Below are positions 10,930 through 22,585 of a stretch of DNA of 64,000 nt, piece after piece. The stretch's first letter is position 1; every line of letters starts with the position of its first letter. The stretch covers positions 1,302,001 to 1,366,000 of the forward strand of contig CM039005.1 in assembly GCA_017499595.2 (NCBI GenBank), read 5' to 3'. Both the position numbers and the translations under genes were made by a program. The notes below the pieces were generated by a model. It was given only the letters and a program-made list of their open reading frames with translations. It ran no database searches and was not told where the DNA came from. This DNA is from Psilocybe cubensis (lineage: Eukaryota).

Positions 10930-13900
10930 TAAAAAATAAAAATGAACGTGGATGTAATGAATGAAATACGTCTACACCCCAAACACCACGCCATCAAACC
11001 CCAACCACCCTCTCTCTCTATCCAGCTCTAGCACTTGGATCGATAACCGATACCTCATACATACAGATGCATCGACACCAATAAAACTTGAACTTGAACT
11101 TGAAGAGAAAGAGAGCGGAACAAGAGGACAACAGCACGCACACCAAAACATAAAAAAACGACAACGATATATATAAAATATACGTCTTGTAATATGTATG
11201 TATTGAGCGAGTTTGTATATATATATACGTATGTATGTATGTATATTGATGGTGCTTTGGTTTGGGGTGGGGGTTTAACGATGGAAATGGTAGAAAACTT
11301 TTTTTTGCGAGTTTGAAGTTGAAAGTTTGTTTGGGGTTTGACGGACAGGGAGGAGGAGGAGGAGGATGAACCTGACGGGACTGTAGACGGGAGGATACGG
11401 GAACGAGTACCGGGTTCGTCGAGTCGTGTCGTGTCGTGTGAAAGGCGGTGTGAAGAGGAGAATGCCGAAGATCGGCGAGGAAGGCGGATGGAAGGCGGGA
11501 AGTGCAGTTGAGTGGGGAGGAGGAAGAAGAGGCGTGAACGGTAACGGCGAATGGCGAGGGCAATACGAACATGCGATGCGACGAGCGACGACACCCAAGG
11601 TACCGAAGAGTATCGAAAAGACTGGGCTCGACAAACGGACCGTACCGTACCAAGAAACGGCAGAGAGGAAAAAAACCGGTTCGGATAAACAGAAAACCAA
11701 AAACGGAGGAAAAAAACAGTAAAACGGAAAAAGAGAGGTGGGGTGGAGGAAAAAAAGAAAAACCAGAACTACGTGCAAAAAAAAATTGGTGGTACAATCT
11801 ATAGTATCAATGCTTGTTTTGGATTGTTGTCGTTGTTGTTGTTGTTGGCTGTTCTTGTTATGGCTTTATGTGCTGGGGAGGACATTGTTTGAAACTTGAT
11901 TGATTTGATTTGGATTGCAATGGATGGAGAATCGAGATCGAGATATGCGGCGTGCAAAGAGCTTCGAGAGAGAAACAACGTCCAATGCAAAAAGACTGAA
12001 AAAAGAAGAGAAAAAAAAGAAAGAACGATGCAAAGTTTCGTGATAAAGAAGAAGAAAAAGAAGAAAAAGAGAGAAGTAAGACAGGGCTGCGCAAGCGATA
12101 GAACACTATGACACATGAAGAAGAAAAAGAGGTAGATGGAGCACGAGTGGCGGGTCGGGAGAGTTGGTGTTTGTTGGAGCAGTCGGCGACGATGGGCGTG
12201 CCGAATTTTACGTTACGCGGTCAGATCGCGAGCAATAAAAAAAGCGTGCCTGTAGACAAAAAGCGAGAGAAAAAGAGCACACGTTAGAAACGAACAAAAG
12301 CACAACGACAATAAAACGCACGGACCTCCTCAAGCAACATTCCAAGCGACGGGAGGCTGACTCGAACGATCAAAGACCGAGAAAATAGGAGAAAGGGCAG
12401 AGATAAAGGTGATAGGTGGGGATAGGTTGCAAGAAACAAAAAGATGAGAACAACAATCATCGAGGAACCGAGAAAACGATACTGGATACAGTGTTGGGTT
12501 GATCGTGACACACAAGGAAAAAGAGAAAGAGAGAAAAAAAGAAGCGAGACACCGAGGAAGAAAGGAGTAAAAAAAAGGGACCGGTGCGTCGAAGAAGGGA
12601 TAGCGATAATAAAAAAAGTAAAAGTAATAAAATACTTGCAAAGATGGATGAAAAATCAAACGCGAGAGCATCGCGCTTGAAAAAACAAACAAGAATAATA
12701 AACGACATACTATATATAAGAATATCCATTTCAAAAAAACCAAAAAAGAAAAGAAAAATAGAATGAACTGAAATGCTTCGTACACTGGGCTAACAACGCC
12801 CGTGCGTCGTCATCATCATCATCGTGAAGAGAAAAGAAGGAAAACGTGCGGTTGCTGAGAGAAAAAGATATAAACAAGGGGAAATAGATGCTTGATGAAT
12901 TTTCCGCGAACATCGCCAATTCGGCGCATGAAAAAAATAAATGGCGATCGACGACGTTTGGATTCACGGAATACACATGGGCGTGGAAGAAAAAAAATAA
13001 AAACAGACAAAAGGATGCTTGGAGATGGGGAGATAATACAGTTGGTGTTTAATTGATAGGAGAAAAGGATCCGGAAGATAGTACGCGACGATGTGCCGTG
13101 AATAGAGAGACAAGTGTGGGCCGCCCCGGCCTAGCAGAGTAGGCGAAGACTTTGTGTGCACAGGTGAGGGCCGAGGCGTATTACGGGGGTGGTGAGGGGA
13201 AAGTCGGATACAAGAGGAGGTAGAGGGAGTCGGATACAGGACGAAGGTACATGAGGTACACCCACTGCGCCGCAGGGCGCGATGACGTGTAAAGGGGTAG
13301 TTTGGGGGAGTGGCGACGGCCACAAGAAAACAGCGCGGGTGTCCGAAAAGCGAATAAACCAGTACCGATGATGATGAGCGACAGTTGTCTGCCGAAAAAA
13401 GAAATAAAAATACACCAATAACCCAAAGAAAAAAAGAGAAGATAGAAGAGCGTGAAGGCGAACGATGCTTTTGTTGGAGCGCCGCTAATAGCGAGCGACA
13501 CCGTCGTAAGATAACGATGAGGCGAGTAGAGTGGGTTGGTGACGTGGAATGTGGTGGATAAATGCGTGTCATGTCAATTTCGTGTACCGGAGAAGGCGCG
13601 CCGTCCAAGAAAGGAAGAAAATAAGGAGAAAAAGATACTCGCCCCTGTTTGAGAGTGTTGCGCCATTATAATGGCAGTATTACAATGTCCCAGGCCTCCT
13701 AACGTCGACAGCATGAGGGGAAAAATATAGCCCATGCGTGTCGACGAGTTGGAATGGAGGGGGGACTCAGGGAGACGAGCCTTGTTGGCGATAGGCGGTG
13801 GCGGGCCGAACCCCGATGTCGGAACACGCGGCCGATAAAACTTGCTGGCGCTTCCACCAGCGCCTAAAAAGGCGGCCCAAAAAAGCGGCAACTCCAATCC

Positions 13901-14330
13901 CGATCCCGATCCCGTGGTCACAACACGAATAAAACGACGACAACGCGAACGAAAAAAAAGCGGAGCCGGCAAAGTGAAGTGAATAAGTGTACATTGGTTG
14001 ATTAGACAGGCAAATAACAATAATGCTGGATTATGTTGTTACACTTGTTTAGATTGCTGGGAATCAATGCGAGGTGGTATAGTTTGTGTGTTGTGGACAC
14101 GGGGAATGTGACGGGGAATGAGGGGTTGGGGATACCAGATAAGGGACGTGGGCCGCGTCGAGGGATCGAGTGTAGCAAGCAGAGATAAAGGGGCGTGGAG
14201 ACGAGCAACGTCAGATATGGGGGAGGAAGGGGATGCAGCGGGGTGAGGGGTGAGGATAAACAGACACTTCTAAAAAAACAATATCTCCCAAGAGCTGCGC
14301 GAAAAACCCAAATAAACATAAAAAAGTCCC
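10930..14330 (-). other. Strand-biased low-complexity non-coding tract (U/pyrimidine-rich on minus strand); candidate long 3' UTR or lncRNA
   Basis: Dense A-runs and purine tracts on + (A8-A9 at 11777, 12011, 12237, 12990, 13952) and short GGA, GTT, AAG, TCA and TATG microsatellites. ORFs here are Phe/Leu/Ser- or Lys/Arg-rich compositional artefacts. Begins just after the stop of the 14418-15695 gene. Confidence 0.55.
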
Positions 14331-14417
14331 ATGCGATGTGAAATAAGGCATACCTCTAAATCTTCTCTAAAATCAATGGTGTTACAAGAAAAAAAGGGGA
14401 AGGATGAATGCTCGTCC

Positions 14418-15695
14418 TCAAAGGAGGAGGGGGTCCGGGAGCTCTTCCGGACTAGGCGAGTTTTGGAACATCGAGCTCGCGAAGAATCCCGCCTTTTCCT
14501 GTGCCTGCTGCTCGAGCAGCTGTTCCTTCGAAAGGCCGTAGACCGGAGACGATTCGCGACTGCGCATGGGCGTAATCATTGCGGCACGCGCAAAAGCAGG
14601 CGTAGAGTATGCGGAAGCAGGAAGCGAGGCCCTCTTGCTCGCGCTTGCAAAAAGCGCCTGGACGTTCGGGTTGAGGACGACGCCGCCTGGCCCAGAGGAA
14701 ACCTCTTCGTCGGAAGACATGTTGAACACGCCTTCGCTCGGAACACGATGATGCTTCCTCTGACCTCGAACAGGAGTAACGGGATCCGAGAAGGAGACTG
14801 GGACACGAGGGGTCGAGGTCAAGGACCTGTTACCGCCAACAGGGCGACGGGGTGTGGCGGGAGGCGAGAGGGTGTAGGACTTGTCTGCGGGCTCATTGAG
14901 ATCGTCGCATACGGGGAAATCCTGATAAGTGGACGAGCGCTTAGGAACTGGACGTGGGCGCATGTGGGACGTTATGGGATCAGAGCGGGAGATTTCGGAG
15001 TGTTTGCTGCGTTGGGAGACTGGGACGGGAATAGCCTTTGATTGTGGCGGAGTTGCGGGGGGAGTCTGCTGCTGTCTACGAAAAGCCAAATTACCGGAGG
15101 GCTTGGACAAAGTAGGAGAAGAAGGCGGGGAATCAAGGAAAGGGTCAAAAGGGTTGGTTGACTTTATAGGAGGTACTACGGTAGCCTCTGCCTGCGAGGA
15201 AAATTGTAATTCGGACGATTGTAATTGTGCTTGGACTTCAATAGGCGGGGAGGGTTGACGCCCGTGCTTTCCACGTATGGACGACTGAGAGGCGCTCCTG
15301 GGCCAGAGTCAGCAAAAAAAAAAAGAAAAACAATGAACGATTGTCGTCTACCTGTGCGCCTGCGCCTTGTCCTTTGCCTGCTTTGCCTGCTTCCTCCCGC
15401 GGGACGGGGTGGGAGTGGCTGGCACGACCTGACCCATCTGCGGCTTGGTTGTGGGCGCCAGTGGGACCACTGGCGCACGGACCATGCCGGCGGCAGTCTT
15501 GGAAGACTGCTTAACATCACGGCGCTGATTTGAGGGCAGCTGGCGATGGGGGGACTGTTTCGCAGGCTTTGAAAGCGAAAGGAGGCCCGGTGTGCGTGTG
15601 GGCTGGACAACGACGGGGGCGGAGGGATGGCGCCTATGGGTGAAGGACGCTGGGGACGGGAGAACAATGTTTTGTGGTTTGTGTACGAGCATCAT
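14418..15695 (-). CDS. Proline-rich disordered protein with C-terminal PNRC/Edc1-like decapping-coactivator motif (2 exons, 407 aa)
   Basis: Exons 15695-15352 and 15297-14418 join in frame across a 54-nt intron (GTAGAC...GCTGAC...CAG). The C-terminus AGFFASSMFQNSPSPEELPDPLLL* resembles the YAG..F..sP.Ps.LP.P motif of Edc1/PNRC proteins. Confidence 0.75.
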
Positions 15696-18600
15696 TGGGG
15701 AGAAAAAAAAAGCGGTGGGGTGGGGAGGAGGAGAGGGGGAGGAGGAGGAGAAGAGGGGCAGGCAGGTTGGCTGAAAAACGATGGAGGAGAGGTAAAACGA
15801 GTCGATTGTGAGCGTGGGAAATCGCCCTCCGTCCTTTAGCCATTCTGTTGTTCCTTGCTTGGGCCCGGTGGCGCACTATTATGCAATTTCCATATCTGGC
15901 GTATTTGTGCGTGTTGGGACCCACAGCTTGTCTCACAACTCCATGTGGCAACATAAGAATGGTCACAGGGCAGCGGCTATCACTCGGCCGATGCGCAGGG
16001 TCCTATCCCCGGCGAGCTGCACCCACGCGAAGTCCAACGCTGCCATCAGTCGACATCAAAACGAGGCCATTCTATTCCCCACATCAAGGGTTCTCCATCT
16101 CATTAAGCTGCTAAAGCTCATCTACCACAAATCCCGCGAATCTAATCCCAGTCTTTCTTCAACAACAACCGCCGTCGCCGTCACTCTAAACGATTCTTCT
16201 CTCTCCTGTCATCTGATCTCTCTGTCAATACAATACTCACAAAAGCAACGTAACACAGTCTAGTTCTCAGATAAGCTAATAATATGCTCATTCAATGCTC
16301 CAACGCGATTAACAATTTGGATGCCCTCCCAGGCTCCGAAGCACGCCACGCCCATCGCCCAGTGCATGCCTGGAACCAATACTAATAATTATACATACAC
16401 GTCGACAATCCGACATCCGATTCTACTCTCCGACTCCGACCTCCTGCCAGGCCTGCTACTCTAGCTGCTAAGCTGGAGATTTGCATCCGAATGCGATGAT
16501 TCCGCGCTGTCCATCTTTCTTCGCCTTCGTCTGGCATTTCCCTTCCTTCCGCCGACACCGGCGGCGGTGCTCTGTGAATCCAAGGCACTATTAGTATGAC
16601 TGGCTATTACTAGTCCGTAATACATAGGCACGCGCACAAGACCCAATCTCTCCCATAAGAACCTCTTCAAGGTTAAACTAGCCATAGTTAGGGTATAGCC
16701 TCAGCTAACCTTGTCCAGAACACGTACGCGGATCCCATCAAACTATCACAGTATCGTCGTATCAAAGTCTATACTCCTTATCCCCCTCCGTGCTCACCAC
16801 TCACACCCACCGTTATTTTTGCTCCCCGCCCAGTAGAAGGCCAGCTTCCTTCGAGTCTCTTCTCTATAATACACCCGCCGCCTTCCCGAATGCAGTATTG
16901 CCTAACTTGACTAGGTACCCCATTTCTCATACCCTCGAAAAAATAGTCCGCTTGTACAAAACCACAAGTAAAAAGATACGTCTACCACGCGTGCTGACAT
17001 CTATATCATCGAAAAAAGCCGAGAACCCTGTCAGAGAACTAGTCGAAGCCCTGCAATGTGCCTCGACCTTGCATCTACCTGCTGCGCTGCTAACGAGTAC
17101 TAGTCCAGTCCTAGTACCCTAAACATAACGAATGCATCAAGGCATATCGCAGACAGATCGCTACTATCGCTACCTGCCGGAAAATCTATTAACGACTTCA
17201 TTATCATTTGACGTTTTCCAACAATAACACCGTCCCCTCAGAGAGACGGGGACTAGCGGTGCCTCGTAGTACACTTCGTATACACATCAGAAACAGCTCC
17301 TTCTTGAAAGCAATCTGCTCTGTCAAAACCTCCACCGTCCACCATCGACACCATCCCCACCATCAAATCACATCATATCACGACTTGCACCAATGTCTGA
17401 TTTCATGATTCATGATTCTGAAATTCAAGTTTCTGGATCCTACATTCCTGAATTCCTGAATTCTGAATGATAGATTAGCTTGCCTTCCAAAGGCTAACTG
17501 ACAACAAACATCCGCTGCTGCGGCAGCGGCCACTGCAGTTACATTACCCTTTTAACATACCATAACCATAACCATAACATACGCATACCTACAGCGATCA
17601 CAAGTAAACACACGCTGGGTCCTGGCACTGATCGCATTACTCGAACATTGACATTGGCATTACCATTACACTAATTCAATCGATTCCTGAGAACGAAATG
17701 AAATGAAAATGAAACGGAGCACGGACAACGGATGGACGGACGGACGGAAGGAAGGGTTCACTGGCACTCAACCGCTCAGACGAAAGATCCGAATGCCTTG
17801 CAGAGGGCCAACATATACAGATATAGATATAGGGCTGGTAGTATCCCGTCCATTACACCGTGTTATGATCAAGCAAGATTCAAGAGATTAATTACCATCG
17901 ATCATATCCACTGTCTCCATCCTGAAAACAAAAAATGCAAGCACGCTTAACCATGTCCAGGTACGGTACTAGTACTGCAATACTGCTACACCTATTACTC
18001 CACTTCACATAACCGCCATAATGACCCGAGAACAACGTTTCTGAACTGACAAGCTAGGACAAAAACTGGTCATTGTACTTATTGACAGACCGCTTGACGC
18101 CTGTCATTATCTCTCATCTATCAAGTACGTACGTACATACGCACTATAGCAGTATTATGATACCATGATACCTCACCTAGTCTATCTAGAAAGTTCGAAA
18201 CGCACATAAAGTATCACAATAACCCCTCGCCCCAACTTAATATTACAACAGAATAGAAGAAACAAACGCAGCTACAAACAATCCCTGAGTTACCCGTCCT
18301 CCACATCTATCACACATTGTATTCGTGATACAATAATATAATATAATAGCAATGCGCAATGCATTGGATACAACAATGCACATATGATCTGATAGTGATA
18401 CCACCCGCAATCCTCGTCGTCGCGTCGCGAAAATAACACAGACGAAATCTGGATATACACACGACTTTCCCATGAAGAATAATTGAACATGAACCGTTTG
18501 CCTTTTAGATTCAATGCACCTTATTCCTATTCTTACTCTTACCCTCGTCCATCACAACAAAACAACGAACATGCCGTTTGACAACGGCGAGCGACCGTGA

Positions 18601-21600
18601 CCCTGACCAAAATTACAGAAATACACATATGCAGGCATAGACTCGGAACGCATCGAGCACTGCCCCAGTGTGCCCCTCCACGCCCCGCACTGGTTGTTAT
18701 CCTCATCAGTCTGTCACGGCGTTTGACACGGGAAACGGAAGCGACGCGAATCAAGAAGTTAGAACGAGAACAATGCAAGGCAAGGTAAAGCCACAAAGGA
18801 AAACAGCGAATTGATATCAATTAGCATCCCCGCATCCTCGTCGATACCTCGAGGCCGCTTCACTCCATTCCATTCCACCCCTCCTTCTCCAGGCGAATCC
18901 CTGCAATGAAACGCCAACGCCAATTATCCATCCGAGCACAATTATCCCAAGCTCGAAAAATAGCAAGACAGGGACAGCCTGAGATATCTAGTGTTCTTGA
19001 CTACACTATCAATTATTCACTACGCTCCCTTGAGCGACATCCTTCAAGTTTCTTTCTTTCGGATTCTTCTTCTGCCAATGGCACCAACACTGACCACCAA
19101 CTGTTGTATCCACGTACGTCTACACCTACTTACCTCCAGCTTCCACCCCCACTGGCACCGCGCACCTCCACGTCGCATCAACGCGTCTTCATATCCGGTT
19201 TTAATCCCCGGTTTACATACATTATCCATAAGAACGCGCCGCCACAGTCGCTGACTCGCTGAGGGATATAGGCGTGGTACCTTAGGACTCCTGACGCGTA
19301 AAAAGTCTACGAGCCTACCTCGACTCGGACATCGACAATTAACGCACTCGATCGAGCTGCCTTAAGCCTAAATTCACCCCTCTTCTTCTCTGGTCGAAGG
19401 GATTTTTTGGCTTTGCTTCTTTGCTGGGCTCTTGCGCAGTCGCCATATTCACATACCTCGTGTATCTATTCCTCGCCGTCGATTATTCGAGAGCTTTGTC
19501 TGGTCACTAGTACTGCTACGTCACCACAGTCAAAATACCGTTCAACTTTGACTGATTGAGTCTTGACTTGCTTGGGCGAGGCCGTTGCTTAGAAGCTCCT
19601 ACCTCGGTCTGCTGTCCTCGTGCCCATGGTTGAGTCGCTGGCAGTTGTTGGCAGGAACATCTCTGTCCCGCTGATACTGGCCGAGCGTACAAGCAACCCG
19701 GGGCACCGATTCCACATCACCATAGACCGAAAACAAAGGTGAAGAAAATTTTACAAAGATGACCCCCGAACGAAACGCGATGACGAACACTACTGTTTGC
19801 GTATCGAGTGTGATGGGACGCAGATCGCTGATTACCCCCACTATTGCTACTGAGCCGCGAGCGGTGTGTATGGATGGCACTGATTACAATAATCAATAAT
19901 CATGACATACCCGACTGTCTGCCCGAACAATGAGTGGGAAGTACCAGCGCCTCGTGCATTCCTCATGTCTCTCGACCGCGTACGATGGAGCTGGAGAATC
20001 GAAACAATGATATCGATAGATGCTGGAATCATGTTCCAGAACCTCTAACCGAACACTCATAGTCGAAGGTCCGAGTCTGCCATTGTTTCTGATATTCTGA
20101 TTGTCTTTGAAAGGGAGAAAGTACGCGTCATGCTATCCCTTCCTGACTCGGAGTTTTCTGAGTTTATCGGAACAGTCGCCGTTTTCGCCTGGATGACGAT
20201 GACGCAGCGTGCAGGGTCAAGCTTCAAGCTTCCACCCAAAGCTATACGCGACTCGTGTGCCATCCTCTCAAAGTAAGGTAAATTCAATCCGCACCTCCTA
20301 AAACGCACTCACCTCCTAAAACACAATTTCCACCCAACATTCGAGCTCTCCCCTTGGGCGTCTATCCGCCTCCCGCATTGTTTTCGCGTGGTCTCCGTCC
20401 GAGTCGCCGGCGGACGATCGAACGTCAACGAAGTCAACCTGAGCTGAGCCACTCTGATGGCGCGTGTGAAAATGGGGCGGCGAAAGCCGCCGGTAGCGCG
20501 GGTCGCTATGCAGATGCCGAGGTGGATCCGCTGCCGCGTCCCGCGTGCCCCTCCGCCTCTGCGCCCGTCTTCCGCTGTCCGAATCTGCCGGGTCGTCCGG
20601 TTGTCTCTGTTGTCAATGTCAGTGGCACACTTTGTCAGGTAACGCGCTCTCCGTGCTTCATTTTTGACGATGACAGGCTCCTGTCAAGCTGCATTCTATG
20701 CACCGTAGCTCAGCGCTCACCGCTGCGATGACTACAATGGCGGCGGCGATCAGAATGAAGGGAGTGGTTTCCCCCCTCTCAGCACCGACACTGGACAGCG
20801 TTTGAACACCGCCTTTGTTCCAACCGTCGCTGATGATGCGGGGTAAAAACCCTATCACATCCTTCCATTGTGCGCTCCACAGCCATCTCGGGGAAGCATT
20901 TCATCAGTACGTGTGCGGTGCGACGCCTAACCTTTGCCTTCTTCCTTTAGAGTCTCATCTAGGGCTAATGACTCTTACCGTTGTCAATATTACATGTACG
21001 CTCTTTCAAAGGGCACCGCCCTGGTCCCTGGAAGAATAACCTTGTCGCATGACATCCCCTTCGTTTCCGACTTGGAACTGACCCTAGATGTTCTTAACAA
21101 TCTATTACATTGTCAGATAAAACTAGACTATATGCACCGCTCGGTGCTCTGGACTAGACTAGCGACCTTCGCTTGCGTGCGTATCTATCCCTAATCGCCG
21201 CCTTCAGAAGACAAAGTGATGTCACCACTCATGTGCCTATGCATCGTTTCTGATAAGTAAACTTGCTGTATCATTGTCAAGTCTTAATTAGAAGCGTTCG
21301 CAGGGTTCAAGGTTATCTGACTTGCTCGTAAAAGGAAGACTAATGTGGCTCTAACGAGGCAGGCTCCTAGACCCATGAGCCCGAGGCTCCTCCTTTGGTA
21401 TATTAACCTACTTTGGAAGGTTTCGCAATCTACCCCAAACCAGATAACGAAGGCATAGTACGCCACAGAGCGCAACTGCGATTTAAGCATCGGACTTGCC
21501 CCAAATGATGCTGCAGAATAAAGGCGGCCAATGCCAATTATATCTCAGGGACAGGACATATGACTTTGCGCGTAGTGGGTTAAGAGTGGGGCTGCGGAGT

Positions 21601-21901
21601 AATTCCTGTGGAAGACTATGGAAAATCACAGAACTCTTGAGGTGCATTGCCTCGAGGCTCGCATGTCTATAAATAGCCATATCTGAACCGCTTGTTTCCT
21701 TTGACTTTCCTTATGCGTAGTCAAGTGTTTGGGGTAGAGGACTATTAGTATTATTACATTCTGTGACGACTCCACTGTAAAATCTACGTGGATGAGCAAT
21801 TGAGTCAAATTGTTATTATGACTGCTGAAACTGAGGCACAGTCGGACAGATATTTTACAGACTGTTGAATCTGCAACGTTATATGATAATGAAATAGCAT
21901 G

Positions 21902-22055
21902 TGTCGGAAAGTTCCCAGATGCCTGATCAGGCCGATAAGGCCGATAATTTTCTGTTTGCCTAATGACACATTATGAGGCACACAGTCGGCATGATTATGA
22001 GCAAGCTAGCCTGATTAGGCCCACCATGAACAGCAGATCGTGATCTGATGAGGCA
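21902..22055 (+). repeat. Left TIR plus subterminal repeats of the transposon
   Basis: tgtcggaaagttcccagatgcctgatcaggc, followed by tgcctaatga, ttatgaggca, gcctgattaggc and tgatctgatgaggca. Confidence 0.8.
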
Positions 22056-22585
22056 CGTTGCGATCAGTTTCATGACCCATGATAAGACAGAGTGAAACCT
22101 AGTAAGAAATGGGCAAAATATCAAGGTCGTCGTCTTCTTATCAGGTTACAGCGACGAGATTAGATAGTCGTACAGGTAGTCAGTTAGTAGAGATTAACTT
22201 AGTGAGTTGTAGGCTTGTTTGACGACTTACCATTTATTTTGCACTTACCTGGGATTGAACTCATGACTTCACTTACCTTAATAGCCCTACCGTTGACAAG
22301 ACTTACCACTAAACCATCGTTCCGTTATTACTTAGGATTGCCCGCGTTAATATATACGCACGCTCTGGGCATCGACCGCGGCTGATGCGCACTCGGAGTT
22401 TTCTTGAAAATGCGACATTGTAGAAGAAAATTCAACTCATATAGCACACGCGAGTATACGATGGAAAGTATTCATATTTAAACAAACTCATAGATGTGCC
22501 TAACTTGTCATAAAACATGGTTAAAAGGTAATGTTACGTGCATAGTAATGTTATAAGAGTGAAAACTGGTAACCGGTGGTAAGTA

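Noticed and set aside
10961..14319. Many overlapping 60-260 aa ORFs on both strands
   Set aside because: Phe/Leu/Ser-rich or Lys/Arg/Glu-rich products follow from the purine/pyrimidine skew; no domain signal or consistent splice structure.
14331..15533. Long plus-strand ORFs (236 aa and others)
   Set aside because: Antisense shadows of the GC-rich PNRC/Edc1-like coding sequence.
10930..16700. Telomerase RNA processed from a long 3' UTR, as reported in Ustilago
   Set aside because: I found no CTAACCCTAA-like template in the U-rich tract. The only near match (GTTAGGGT, 16687-16694) is 8 nt and lies upstream of the gene.
12805..21260. C/D-box snoRNA candidates (TGATGA-like words near 12810, 20832, 21217)
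   Set aside because: No suitably spaced CTGA with terminal stem or recognisable rRNA guide; one is just a TCA microsatellite.
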